DNA of 64,000 nucleotides. Source: Halocafeteria seosinensis (lineage: Eukaryota). A model generated the notes under the pieces. The model saw nothing but the letters and a program-made list of their open reading frames with translations. It was not told where the DNA came from and ran no database searches. The position numbers and the translations under genes were made by a program. Shown here piece by piece: positions 49,187-59,543 of the stretch; position 1 is the stretch's first letter; every line of letters starts with the position of its first letter. Location: the NCBI GenBank assembly GCA_001687465.1, contig LVLI01000231.1, forward strand, positions 62,001-126,000, given 5' to 3'.

Positions 49187-50623
49187 ATGAGCCAGGAGGA
49201 CCATGGCGTCCCTATCCCTTCCTCTCGTATACGGAGTGAAGTCGTGAGGCCCTCTAGAACCACCGAGCGTGGTGGGAATAGTACTAACAGTGCCAAGAGC
49301 GCCCTCTACGCTGACCTCTCGGCAGCTAGCTTTGATGAACTACGATGGCTAGCCCTGGGGGCTGACCCGAAATTGGTCAATTATGTGTCGAGAATACGAA
49401 GCTCATTGTGGGATAAAGAGCGGTCAGATGTACCAGAAAGCCATTGGAAGTATGTACGCAGCAAAGATATATCCGAAGAAGAGGCGCTGGAAATAGAAGG
49501 GCAATCACAACAACCTTGGACCCCTTCCCCGGCCTCGTCATCGGAAAGAGGCAGTTCTAGCGTCATGTCGACAATGCAAGATGTGCGGCGAAATATCCTT
49601 CATGCCGTACTAGATGGGCTAGCGCAGCAGGTATACCGTCGAAGGGAAGGAAGAAATGAGTCATCGGCCGCTCAGGGAGAGGCTGACCCTCAAGACCTGC
49701 AGCAATTCGAGGAGGCTTTAGAGGAATATGGAAGGACCGATGTGGTCTCATTGGAAGAGTCTTCTGACAAACGCTATTTCGCTAATGTATCTGGAGAGGA
49801 GCAGGTGCAAAAGTTGAATAAGTTATGCTATGATGGGTGCTATAAGACGTATCTAGACTGGGCACAATCATATTGCCAAGAGTGGGGACAGCTTCTGAGC
49901 AATGTTGAACAGGGAAGCGACAGAAGGTTGGCAAAGTATCGAAAACCAGCAGAAGTCATAAAAGCATGGGCTGGCTTCTGCCGAAGCCTTCCGCAGGAAG
50001 CCGCCATGGAAGCTAAGAGGATCCCGATTTTACCAGGCGATGACAATCGAGATATGCTTTGTTCTGATGCCCAAGCTGGCTCTTTTGCAAGACCTTATCT
50101 AAAGCTAGCTACCCAGGTATTCTCTCCAGACGATACTTCTTCATCTGTGTACTACGAGATAACATTAAGAAAACTCATGAGTATAGTGGATGGGCACGTT
50201 GCCAGATACATCCAGCACATTGAAAACGCTTTGTGGGCCAAGTACGTACAGCAATCAATGAATTACTTTGGACAGCGATACCCCCAATGTGCGAAATTGG
50301 AGCATTTAGGGTTCAATGTAACTTCTTATCTTCCACGAGGACTCGCCCCGTCAGAAGAGCAAGAAACGGACTCGCCGACTGCAGAAGTAATACTAGAGGG
50401 CGTACGGCGAGCGTTTCGTGATTGTAGCAAGGAATTGGAGAATGTGCTTTCGTTTAATAGTGTGACTCCCAAAACGTCGATAGAGTCTCCAATGGAGGAA
50501 GAAAACGCAATTACATTGCAAGACTTTCACGAATGGATCAACTGTCGAACTCATTTTCCCGGTGCAACGGCTCTTTCCGCGAGTGCATCGCGTCGGATCA
50601 GGAAGCGCTCTTCTAAGTCCTAA
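49187..50623 (+). CDS. Hypothetical protein (478 aa)
   Basis: Long intronless ORF with protein-like composition; no family recognised. Confidence 0.75.
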   Translation: MSQEDHGVPIPSSRIRSEVVRPSRTTERGGNSTNSAKSALYADLSAASFDELRWLALGADPKLVNYVSRIRSSLWDKERSDVPESHWKYVRSKDISEEEALEIEGQSQQPWTPSPASSSERGSSSVMSTMQDVRRNILHAVLDGLAQQVYRRREGRNESSAAQGEADPQDLQQFEEALEEYGRTDVVSLEESSDKRYFANVSGEEQVQKLNKLCYDGCYKTYLDWAQSYCQEWGQLLSNVEQGSDRRLAKYRKPAEVIKAWAGFCRSLPQEAAMEAKRIPILPGDDNRDMLCSDAQAGSFARPYLKLATQVFSPDDTSSSVYYEITLRKLMSIVDGHVARYIQHIENALWAKYVQQSMNYFGQRYPQCAKLEHLGFNVTSYLPRGLAPSEEQETDSPTAEVILEGVRRAFRDCSKELENVLSFNSVTPKTSIESPMEEENAITLQDFHEWINCRTHFPGATALSASASRRIRKRSSKS

Positions 50624-51021
50624 CGCAACTCACAACCCATACATATACACACCAACACACATGTTATCGTAAGTACTCGCCCTATTGGAGTTAACAGACT
50701 TCTATTTATTTCTGTGGTTGACTGAATATTTAGGACATAACGCTGCGTCAGTTCAACTAAAAATATCACGCACAATGCACGTTTCTATTCGGTGCCTACT
50801 CAGTCGTCTCATAACCGTTATGCGAATACCTAGGTGGACGCTTTGGGGACCCCTACGTAGCGGTACACATAGCAGCACAGCAGATTCTGGAGAGGCAGGC
50901 GTCATTATGATTCGTCTGCAGCAAGAAATGAACCTTCGCGGCGGCAACTGCCAATAAAAAGGAATTCATCTATTTCTTCACTTTTCCTTTTCCTTTCTTC
51001 CTTCCAAACGTTTTGCAAGAA

Positions 51022-54000
51022 CTACAATATGTCGTCGTCATCTTCTCCCTCCGGTGCGGTGCTGTTGCTAACTTGAGGTTGGTCGTAGTACATTTGCAGC
51101 ACTTGGTTGGCATTTGTACAATCTTCAGCATTCTTGTCTTCCCTAACTTGTAAAAAGCGAGGAAAGCGTAGCGCGATACCTTTGCCTGCCGCAGCTTTTC
51201 CAACAGCAGCCGTATGAACAGGTGAAATAGACAAATCCGCAGCTTTCACTTCCCACACAAACTTCGGTTCAAACCATACATGCGGCGCAGTCAGGCCATT
51301 TCCTACGCGCACATTCTTCGGTTTAGAGTCGCAAATAATACAGTCCCCCTTAAACATTTCTGAGAGTTCGTTGAATTTCTTATCGGAGAAACCCGTTCCA
51401 ACCCTTGCAATAGTCTGAAATTCTTCTTCCTCATCATCGTAGGTAGCTAAAAGGTATGATCCGAACCAGCCCGTTCTTTTTCCCTTACCGTACCAGGCTC
51501 CTACCGGCACTAAGTCGAATGAGTCTGTGAGACCATCCATATAGTCTTTCTTCAGCTTTAGCCAATTGAGACTTCTCTTCGCTGGTTCGTATGTGGCGTC
51601 TTTCATTAAAGTCTTCACCATCAGCCCCTCGCAGTTTCCATCAACAGACGCTTTCAAATAAGCATCAACATCGTTAACATCTTCTCCAGTGTAATCTGCA
51701 CCATTAGCGAACGCGAACTTACCAGGAACCTCGAGAAAGTGATGGTGGAGCATTGCCCTTCGCTTAGCAAACGGCTCTCGTAGAAGGGATTGGCCATTCA
51801 AATACAGTAGGTCAAACGCCGCATAAATAACTTGAACCTTGATGTTTTCTGTTGTTACATCTTTTCGCGCGCGCGTAGACAGTTTTTGAAACGGGAGTAG
51901 TCTCCTCTCTTGTGGGTCGTACGCAACCACCTCTCCATCCATCACATAAGTGTCTACTGTGTCATACTTGTCTACCTGAAAGTCAAACTCAAGTTTGGTG
52001 CCAAACTGTGGAGGTTCCACATCTTGATCATCTTTGTCCCCCACGCAGACAGCCCTTTCAATTTCTTTCAAAAATGTGGTATTAGACTCCTTTGACACCG
52101 GTCCCTCGGCAGATGGCACAACTTCAGCAAGGTCAGGGTACTTCCCGGTAGTGTCTTCACTGTTTCGACTGAAGATCTTGACACAAGCCTGACCGTCCTT
52201 GTCGTGGAATTTGTGAATTTGAGCGCGTTCCCCGTCGTATTTCCATTCACAAGTAAACTGCTGATTCTCGAAGCGATCGAGCACCTCTGATACCCCCTTT
52301 GTAGGTTTCGCCAGCATTGGAGTAACGGGTACCCCCGGTGTAAGAGCGCATCGCTCACGCGCTTTATGGACACCACCGGAAAGCAAAGCGGGGACCACAG
52401 CATCAAAACTTGGTACCTCCGAAAAAACCTGTCGAAGAATCTGCACCGCCTCTTCAAGTTCCGCCTGGGTTGCAGTTTTTTCTCTTGCCTTTCCAGATGA
52501 GGTGACTCTGGTATCAAAAGTACTGGCCCAAGTTCCCGCCATCCCTGAGGGAGTAGAGGAGCTAGCCTTTGAGACTTCCGCTGCAACGGAGACTGGTGGA
52601 GTTATAGTGAATGCATGAGCAAGAGCTGTTAGCACCGTATTCTCTGCCATTCCAATACGCAACTTGCCCTGCAAGCAACGGATAATATAACGGGATTCCG
52701 CATGTTCCCCTTCAGCTTGTACCAATAGCTTTTTGATCGCTTCAACCTTCCGCTCTTGCATTTTGTTACCGGAAGCGCTTGCAATTTCCCGGAAAACGTC
52801 ATATACGTGTTTCACCTCCAGTGGCTTTTTCCTGGCGGCAAATCCTAGTGTTTTTTGTTGGGTACGACTTTTCTCCGCCACAAGCCCTAAATCACCTTCA
52901 GTCTTAGCCAATGCCTTAACATCCCGGATTTCGCGCCCCGTAGCCTGTGCAATAGCTTTGGTAAGTAATGCATCTCCTAGCCCCAGTTCTACACCCTCAT
53001 ATGCGGGAGCAAGTTTGCTAGAGCACAGGTAGATAGACGGCAACAGATCGAAAGGAGACAGGGTTATTATAGAGCGAAAGAGATTGCATAATGTTTCCTG
53101 TATAGCTAGCCTCGAACTGGTGTCTTCAATATGGCGAAAACAGTCAGTAAGAGCCCTATAGGGAACAGGTTGGTTAACAGACCAAAAATGCGAAACACTG
53201 TCGACGGGATGATACTCCCCCAGTACGTGACTGGACGTATTAGGGCTGTCGTTAGTATCAATAGCAGCTACCGAAGTAGTTTTATCGTTAGAGCTAGTAT
53301 CGCTCTCTTGACTCATATCAGACGATTCCTCAATGGCCTTGCTTCGCTTCCGGAGTCGTTTCCTGGGTTGTCCCTGGACAACATCTTCAGAGTTTTCCTT
53401 GCCTAGATCTTCCCTTGTATTCCCACTTTTCTCTTTCGCCTTTTTCGGTGAGGATGCGCCATTCCGATTCGAAGCGTTGCTTCCTTGGCTGTTTAGTGGT
53501 TCGGGTGACGGCGTAGAGCCCGACTCGTGAACGTTGTTGTTGCCTTCTCGCTCCCTCTTTGAAGCTGTTGTAGAGCCGCCAGGGTCGGTTTTGGATCCTC
53601 CTCCAAAGAAGGACTGCAGGGTTTTCTGCTGCTTGGTTCCTTCCATTGGATCGGAATTCTTCTTCTTCTTCTGCAAAGATGCGGGTATGAAGGTGAATTA
53701 GACTGTATCTGCGCTCCAACCGTCCTTACTAACCTTGTTTGAATTTGTCTTTCCCTTGGTGCTAAATCTCGAACCTGTCAATAATACACCATACAAGCAC
53801 ACAGCCAAGTATATGCACTTTTTGGGTATCGCAGTGCAAACCAATCAACATCGTTATCAAGCCGAAAATCCTATGGGAACTACTCAAAACAATTCAAAAA
53901 CTTCACGAACGACGCTCCACAATTCAAATTGAACAACACGCAACTTTTTTGGGGGGATACTTACAAGATATTGTGCTATCTCCCGCAACACAAGTAGGAT

Positions 54001-54130
54001 AGCAAAGCCCCCTGGGTATCCCCGTGTTCGATACTGTCTGACGAAGCTGAATTCGGTGCCTCGCTAGCAGAGAAGTTGCGATAAACTTTGTTTTACCACC
54101 TCCCGATAGGCAAGATATCTTTCTCCACAT
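51022..54130 (-). CDS. LIG1: DNA ligase I with a spliced N-terminal presequence
   Basis: PIP box QKTLQSFF, active site EWKYDGER, EGLMVK, WLKLKKDY, ALRFPRF. Upstream exons 53965-54130 and 53734-53774 splice in frame to 53670. Confidence 0.96.
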
Positions 54131-54914
54131 GCCAAGACTTCACTACGAAGCACGCAGTAGATTCGCCGACAAACGATCTATGCACAAATAATAATGCTCT
54201 CTTATGTCTGCAATGGAGATTGCGATTCATTGCCACTGATCAAAACAAACTTTTTGCAGACCGGGTACGTCTGTACAACATACGTTGTTTGTACTTAGAA
54301 CATGAAGTTGGTGGGCGGTTGGAGTCGTTGACGACACGTCTTAAGTATGAATATCTGTCAGTTTGGCGTCATGGATATGATTAGAGTTGTTGTTACTTTG
54401 AGCAAATCTGTTGTTACCATTAACGGTGCTGAACGTAAGGCAAGGTCTGGTGGAATCACTGTTCAGAAATTCCATGGCAGATGATGAGGGCGGCAATCCG
54501 CTTTAAACCATATGATGACTGACAGCATCGAATGTCAATGACATGGCTTCATGCAGTCTCAGGTTGAGATCTCAGCGTTACCTTATGTACTCTCACTTAC
54601 ACGAGTGATTGCTTCCGATATCTCCTATACGGTATTCTATGTGATCCTACATGGCTGATACTAGTTTTCAGGGGAGCAATATCTCTATACACGCACCCAA
54701 GCATTGGACCTACCCAACGAAGGCTCAATCCCTAACAAATTTGCTGCACCGTCATCCAGTTGTCTTCATACTTCCAATCTAGCAGATGCAAGACTTGGCG
54801 GCAAAGTGCACCAGACGGCGCATCGCCTTAGTCAGACTACTACACAGCTGGGTGAAAGCTCTGACCTACCTGAAGACAGCAAACAGCGCACTTAAACCCT
54901 GCGACGTATTTTCT

Positions 54915-56075
54915 TTAGGTTTTCTTGTTTCCCTTGGTTTTTTTGTTCCAACCCTTTTTAGCTTCATGCATTGCGGCGGCAGCACTTCTTGCCTGTTGAA
55001 CCCGTTGGTTCATCCCATGTGTGCGAACTCCGGTATTCGATTGCCTGCTAGAATCGGGCTCTTCGGTTTCTTTGTCATCTTCATCTTTGCTATCGGCATC
55101 CTCGTTCTTGCTTGCTTGTCCAGCTGGACTACGTGGCGACTCGCCTTTGTTCACTCGATGAATATTATCATTCACTTCGTTCATTGCTTCAGAGAACATC
55201 TTGACGCTCTCTTCCATCGACACTGGAGACTGAGGTCGCTCATATTTGAGACTTACCCCCTTGGCATCTATCCTATTGAATTGGTCGCGGAGCTTATCTT
55301 TTTCTTTCGACGACAGTGATTCGACGAAGTTTTCAGCAATCTCATTAGCATGTTTTTCCATCACAGCCTCATGGACCTGCTTGACATGGGCACTCATCTG
55401 AGCCCTTCTGGCAGGTGTCATCTTCTCTTCTGCAGCGTAGTACCTATTCTTGACGACGTTAGTTTCAAAGTCTACCTCTTGATCATATGCTTTCCACTCG
55501 GGTGTCTCGCCAATAGCCTGAATCATCTCATCTCTCAGTTCCCCCCGTTGTTCCACCTCTGCAAAACAACCACGGTGATGAAATTTGCCTGATTGCCCTC
55601 TTGTACTCGGACATCTACGAATTCGAATCTTACCATCAAGTGCTTCTCCAATAGTAGCAGGCTCCCGATGTCCATCTACTTCATACCTCTGTAGGAGCTC
55701 GTCCAGAGACGGTTCCTCTGTTTGCTGGGCGTGCTTCTCTCCGGAAATTTGCTTTCTGTCATCCTCGACCGATGTGTTGTTCTCTTGCTCATATAGTTTC
55801 TTCCTTGCAACGGGGGATTGTCGCGTTTCCGGATTCGCTTTGTAATTCTTCATAATTGATTTCTCCCTGAATACGGCTCTGTAGTTCCCTGTGGCCGATG
55901 TCCTCGAGAGCACAGCCCAGAGGCTGTGCCATCTTTGACCACAATCGCGTTTGCTGGTATATTGCTGTCCGTTTTGCAATTTTACACTGTGTAGCGTCGG
56001 TATTGGAGGAGCACCTGCCGTCAAAGCACAATTGGAATGCACCTTCACGGCGGGAGCTCTACGCCACGCTCTCAT
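54915..56075 (-). CDS. Hypothetical protein, probably mitochondrial
   Basis: 386-aa ORF with an Arg-rich, acid-poor N-terminus and charged helical body; no domain recognised. Confidence 0.7.
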   Translation of the reverse strand: MRAWRRAPAVKVHSNCALTAGAPPIPTLHSVKLQNGQQYTSKRDCGQRWHSLWAVLSRTSATGNYRAVFREKSIMKNYKANPETRQSPVARKKLYEQENNTSVEDDRKQISGEKHAQQTEEPSLDELLQRYEVDGHREPATIGEALDGKIRIRRCPSTRGQSGKFHHRGCFAEVEQRGELRDEMIQAIGETPEWKAYDQEVDFETNVVKNRYYAAEEKMTPARRAQMSAHVKQVHEAVMEKHANEIAENFVESLSSKEKDKLRDQFNRIDAKGVSLKYERPQSPVSMEESVKMFSEAMNEVNDNIHRVNKGESPRSPAGQASKNEDADSKDEDDKETEEPDSSRQSNTGVRTHGMNQRVQQARSAAAAMHEAKKGWNKKTKGNKKT

Positions 56076-56200
56076 TTTCTATTATCCCCAGGTCCAATAA
56101 ATCTACAATTCTTTGCTTTGTTAATCATGCAAATATAAATCCACTGCCGTCATTGTTATTATTGGCACTACTGGTCGAAATATTTGTATAAATCAATACA

Positions 56201-56633
56201 ATGCAAGGACCTTCGACAGGAGCTGGAGGAGCTCCTCAGCAGCAACAGCAACAGAAAAAGACAACTTCTAACCCCAGTGATTTCCTCAGGAGGATACTAG
56301 GGAAGCCAGTGGTGGTCAAATTAAATTCGGGAGTCCAATATAAAGGTACGAAGCAACTCATTGGTATTTTCTACGTGTCTGTATATGGACCCGATCGATC
56401 GTTGCTTGCAGGAGTATTAGCGTGTCTAGATGGGTTTATGAACATTGCCATGGAACAAACAGAAGAATACGAAGAGGGTGAACTGAAATCTAAGATCGGA
56501 GACTGCTTTATTCGAGGAAACAATGGTATGTGGGTTCACCAAGAGGATTTAGATATCGCGTGACGAAATCAAATTTTTGGCCGTAAACATTGCAGTGCTC
56601 TATATCAGTGCTCAGAAACCGAGGAAGGGATAA
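56201..56633 (+). CDS. LSM6: U6 snRNA-associated Sm-like protein LSm6
   Basis: PSDFLRRILGKPVVVKLNSGVQYKG|VLACLDGFMNIAMEQTEEY..FIRGNN|VLYIS; two introns. Confidence 0.93.
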
Positions 56634-56863
56634 ATACGAGGAGCTATACAGCTTTACTGCATATGTATAAAGAGAGCTCTTTTCTAATAGTGTTTACAGG
56701 ATAGTCTTGTATAGCCGACAGGCTGGGGAAGGTTTTTAAGATGACGCCCATGAACAGACAGCAACTAACGATCATACAGTGCTGTCTTATTTGTGCGAAA
56801 GAAGTGAAATTCCGGCGACCAAGAAAATGATACAAGAGTGATAGGATCAACAGGAAACAAGCT

Positions 56864-58102
56864 TTATCGTATAGCATCTTCCGCCTCTTTTTCTGCTTGC
56901 TTTTCGAGTTCTTCGCTTTCTTCCAGCAATTTCTGCTGCTTTTTCCTATCCTTGTCAAACTGAACTGCCCTGGTATACTCCTCTCCTGACTTATCAACTT
57001 TCTTAAGCAACTCAAGTGACTTCTCTTGGAATTCTTCGTCATCTCGAGATTTAATAGGTAGTCTGACAGCGCTCTTGAGCCAATGCAGTGCTTCATCCTC
57101 ATTTCCGAGCTTATACTCGGTTTCGGCCAGAAAGTATTGATTAGCTTTCCAGAAGTTGGGAGAAATGCGCTCAGCACCGGCAAAGTAATCTCGCGCTTCC
57201 TGGTAGGAGGACTGCACATGGTGTGAATCCCTGAGGAATAAAGAGAATCCTGAAACACTTCGCCAATGCCCAACCACAACTTACCGATGGAGGTTCTGCA
57301 AACAATGTCTTTGCAAAGGCTCGCTGATACCAAGCCATCTCTGTTACAGTAAAACACCATCTCCCCAAAAGATAGTGAGCTGATGCATCATCCGGGTTGA
57401 TCTCAACAGCCTGTTCCCATTGGCTTTTCACTTCGTAGGCATCAGCAATTTGTTGTTTGTACCCTTGGAAGCCACTATATGCTTGTAGCACGGTTCCATA
57501 CCAACGGCGACTATTGTTGTCATTGGGGTCCTGTCGAACAGCTTGTTTGCATGCCTTGTGAGCTTCTTCAAGTAACTGCTTCTTCTCATCTTGCGTAACA
57601 TCCGGCTCCTTGGTCAACTGGTAGGCAGCTCTGGCATGTCTCCACAGGATATTCGCATCCTCGTCGTCTTTCTCTGCCAATCGTTTGGTTTGTTCGTATG
57701 CTTTGCGTCGTGGGAAACGAAGAGGTTGCTCAGCTTGCGCATCTGCGGTCGGCGCTTCGTAAGCACTGTACATTGATCCATACATCTCGCATAATACATA
57801 CCTATCTCTGAGAGCTCGTAAATCGTAGCAGTGCAATTTACACTTCCTCCACCATTATGCTCCTGGGCCAGATACCAAATAAGCGTGGTTCCAGCAGCCG
57901 CGACGGCTGCTACAGCTCCTCTGTTTGTACTGGCAGACGAAGATGAGCTGGCGCCAGCAGCCCCAATCACGGAGCTGCTCGTCTCGAAGCTATGGAAGCT
58001 GCTGTAATTGGGACTTGTTGCTGCGGCCTCGTGCCCACAGATACTGGCCGTCTCCCCACGATGAAGTCGCCGGGAAACACGGAAGATTGATTGCCGGAGC
58101 AT
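56864..58102 (-). CDS. RMDN1: Regulator of microtubule dynamics protein 1 (FAM82/RMDN, TPR-like)
   Basis: ILWRHARA, AVEINPDDASAHYLLGRWCF..MAWYQRAFAKTLFAEPPS|SSYQEA, SPNFWKANQYFLA; mitochondrial-type N-terminus. Confidence 0.85.
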
Positions 58103-58155
58103 CTTCTGATTCACTGCTGCTGCTATATGCGTGCTTTTAATTATATTTCCTAAGT

Positions 58156-58225
58156 GTGCTTCTGCCAAGGTGCATATATCAACGCAATTCGTGCTTCTGC
58201 CAAGGTGCATATATCAACGCAATTC
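58156..58225. repeat. Perfect 35-bp tandem duplication
   Basis: GTGCTTCTGCCAAGGTGCATATATCAACGCAATTC occurs twice (58156-58190, 58191-58225). Confidence 0.95.
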
Positions 58226-58395
58226 GAATCGTCTTGCACAGAAGCAGTGAGCAGTCTTTCTTTCTTGCAACTTGCAGCCAGGCGGAGGGCAACCGTAAAC
58301 CACACCGCAGGTGTGCACACCATAATACATGAGTTGTTCTGTACCATAGCACGGTGGTAGTAAAGGTTAGCTTGGAATCCCTCAGCACAACCATA

Positions 58396-59462
58396 ATGGA
58401 AGTCTCCTTGAACGCCATCCACAGAGGTCTGCAGCTCAGCTTTCACGTGATTAACCGCGTTCATACAGCTCTGGTTCAGGCCCAAGCCCCGGATGCAACG
58501 CACAGATACCTCATCAATACAGTATGTCTTGCATTATCCTCAGGAGCGTCTCTACAGCATGGTTTTCGGCACCAACGAGGAACCCAGGAGCAGCAACACT
58601 TGACGGCGCCCATCCAATTGTCGGCTTCCGCCAAGGATACTGTCGCTAATACAATTGAACAGCTGCATAGACATCTGGAGTCGTATACACAAGAGAGGCA
58701 ACAACATCCGGAATGGGATGCTCACCCTGTGACAGTGGAACATAAAAAAATATCCCTCGTGGATGTCATGGAATCCGTATATTCGGTTTGGAATGCCCAC
58801 ATTGATACGCACAACCAGGATCCTCATCTTACACGGTCCCAGTTGTTTCGATATTTTGAAGGAATTAAATTCGTGTACAGGTACGTGGTACGCGTAAGAG
58901 TAGTCTGTTGTACTCGAGGGGTGCTTAGGAATGGGCTCGGGGGATCGATGCAGTCTAGCGCAAAAGCACGGCATTAGTGGCTCGAAGTTGACCAAGACTC
59001 TGAAAAAGAATAGCGAGTTGGAGTCCATCGTCTGTGATGCGTTTGCCGAGATTACTTTCAATCAACAAGTATGTGCAATGATATTATATGAATGGGAAAC
59101 CACCGCTGAGTGACCTCTAGCCTAACTTGCCTGGTACGCAGAACCAAAAGCTAACAGCATGGAAGAGCGTCGGTACGTAGAGTTTTCCGCAACTGATCAG
59201 CCTTTCCCATTTCAAACGTAATTGCGATGGCTTCAATCTTGCAGATACTAGCTCACGGCTTAGTAGGGTAGATTGGACATTGTTCACGACGGTGTCTTCG
59301 AGTGCTGCCAGGAGCATCGACGCACCACTCGTAAATTTCAATTTTGAAACGTGGTCAGCGAGCGGTGACAAATCGTGGACATCTGTCAACATGTCCATCG
59401 ACAAATTCAGACAGTTTCATGCCAAGCTTCGCTCAGCAGCACAGAAGGCCGGTATTGAATGA
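58396..59462 (+). CDS. COMM-domain (COMMD) protein
   Basis: Four exons; the C-terminus RLSRVDWTLFTTVSSSAARSIDAPLVNFNF..VNMSIDKFRQFHAKL matches the COMM domain pattern. Confidence 0.7.
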
Positions 59463-59543
59463 AAAACAATGCTATGATAGTGTAGCTAGGCCTGAGGACT
59501 CGCATATGTAAAATTTGTTTACTGGTAGTAAAAGTACAGTCCT

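Noticed and set aside
54481..54522. Box C/D snoRNA (ATGATGA..CTGA)
   Set aside because: The boxes are only ~40 nt apart and I could not identify an rRNA-complementary guide.
55560..55650. Mitoribosomal S18-like reading of IRRCP..GC in the 386-aa ORF
   Set aside because: No S18 core follows.
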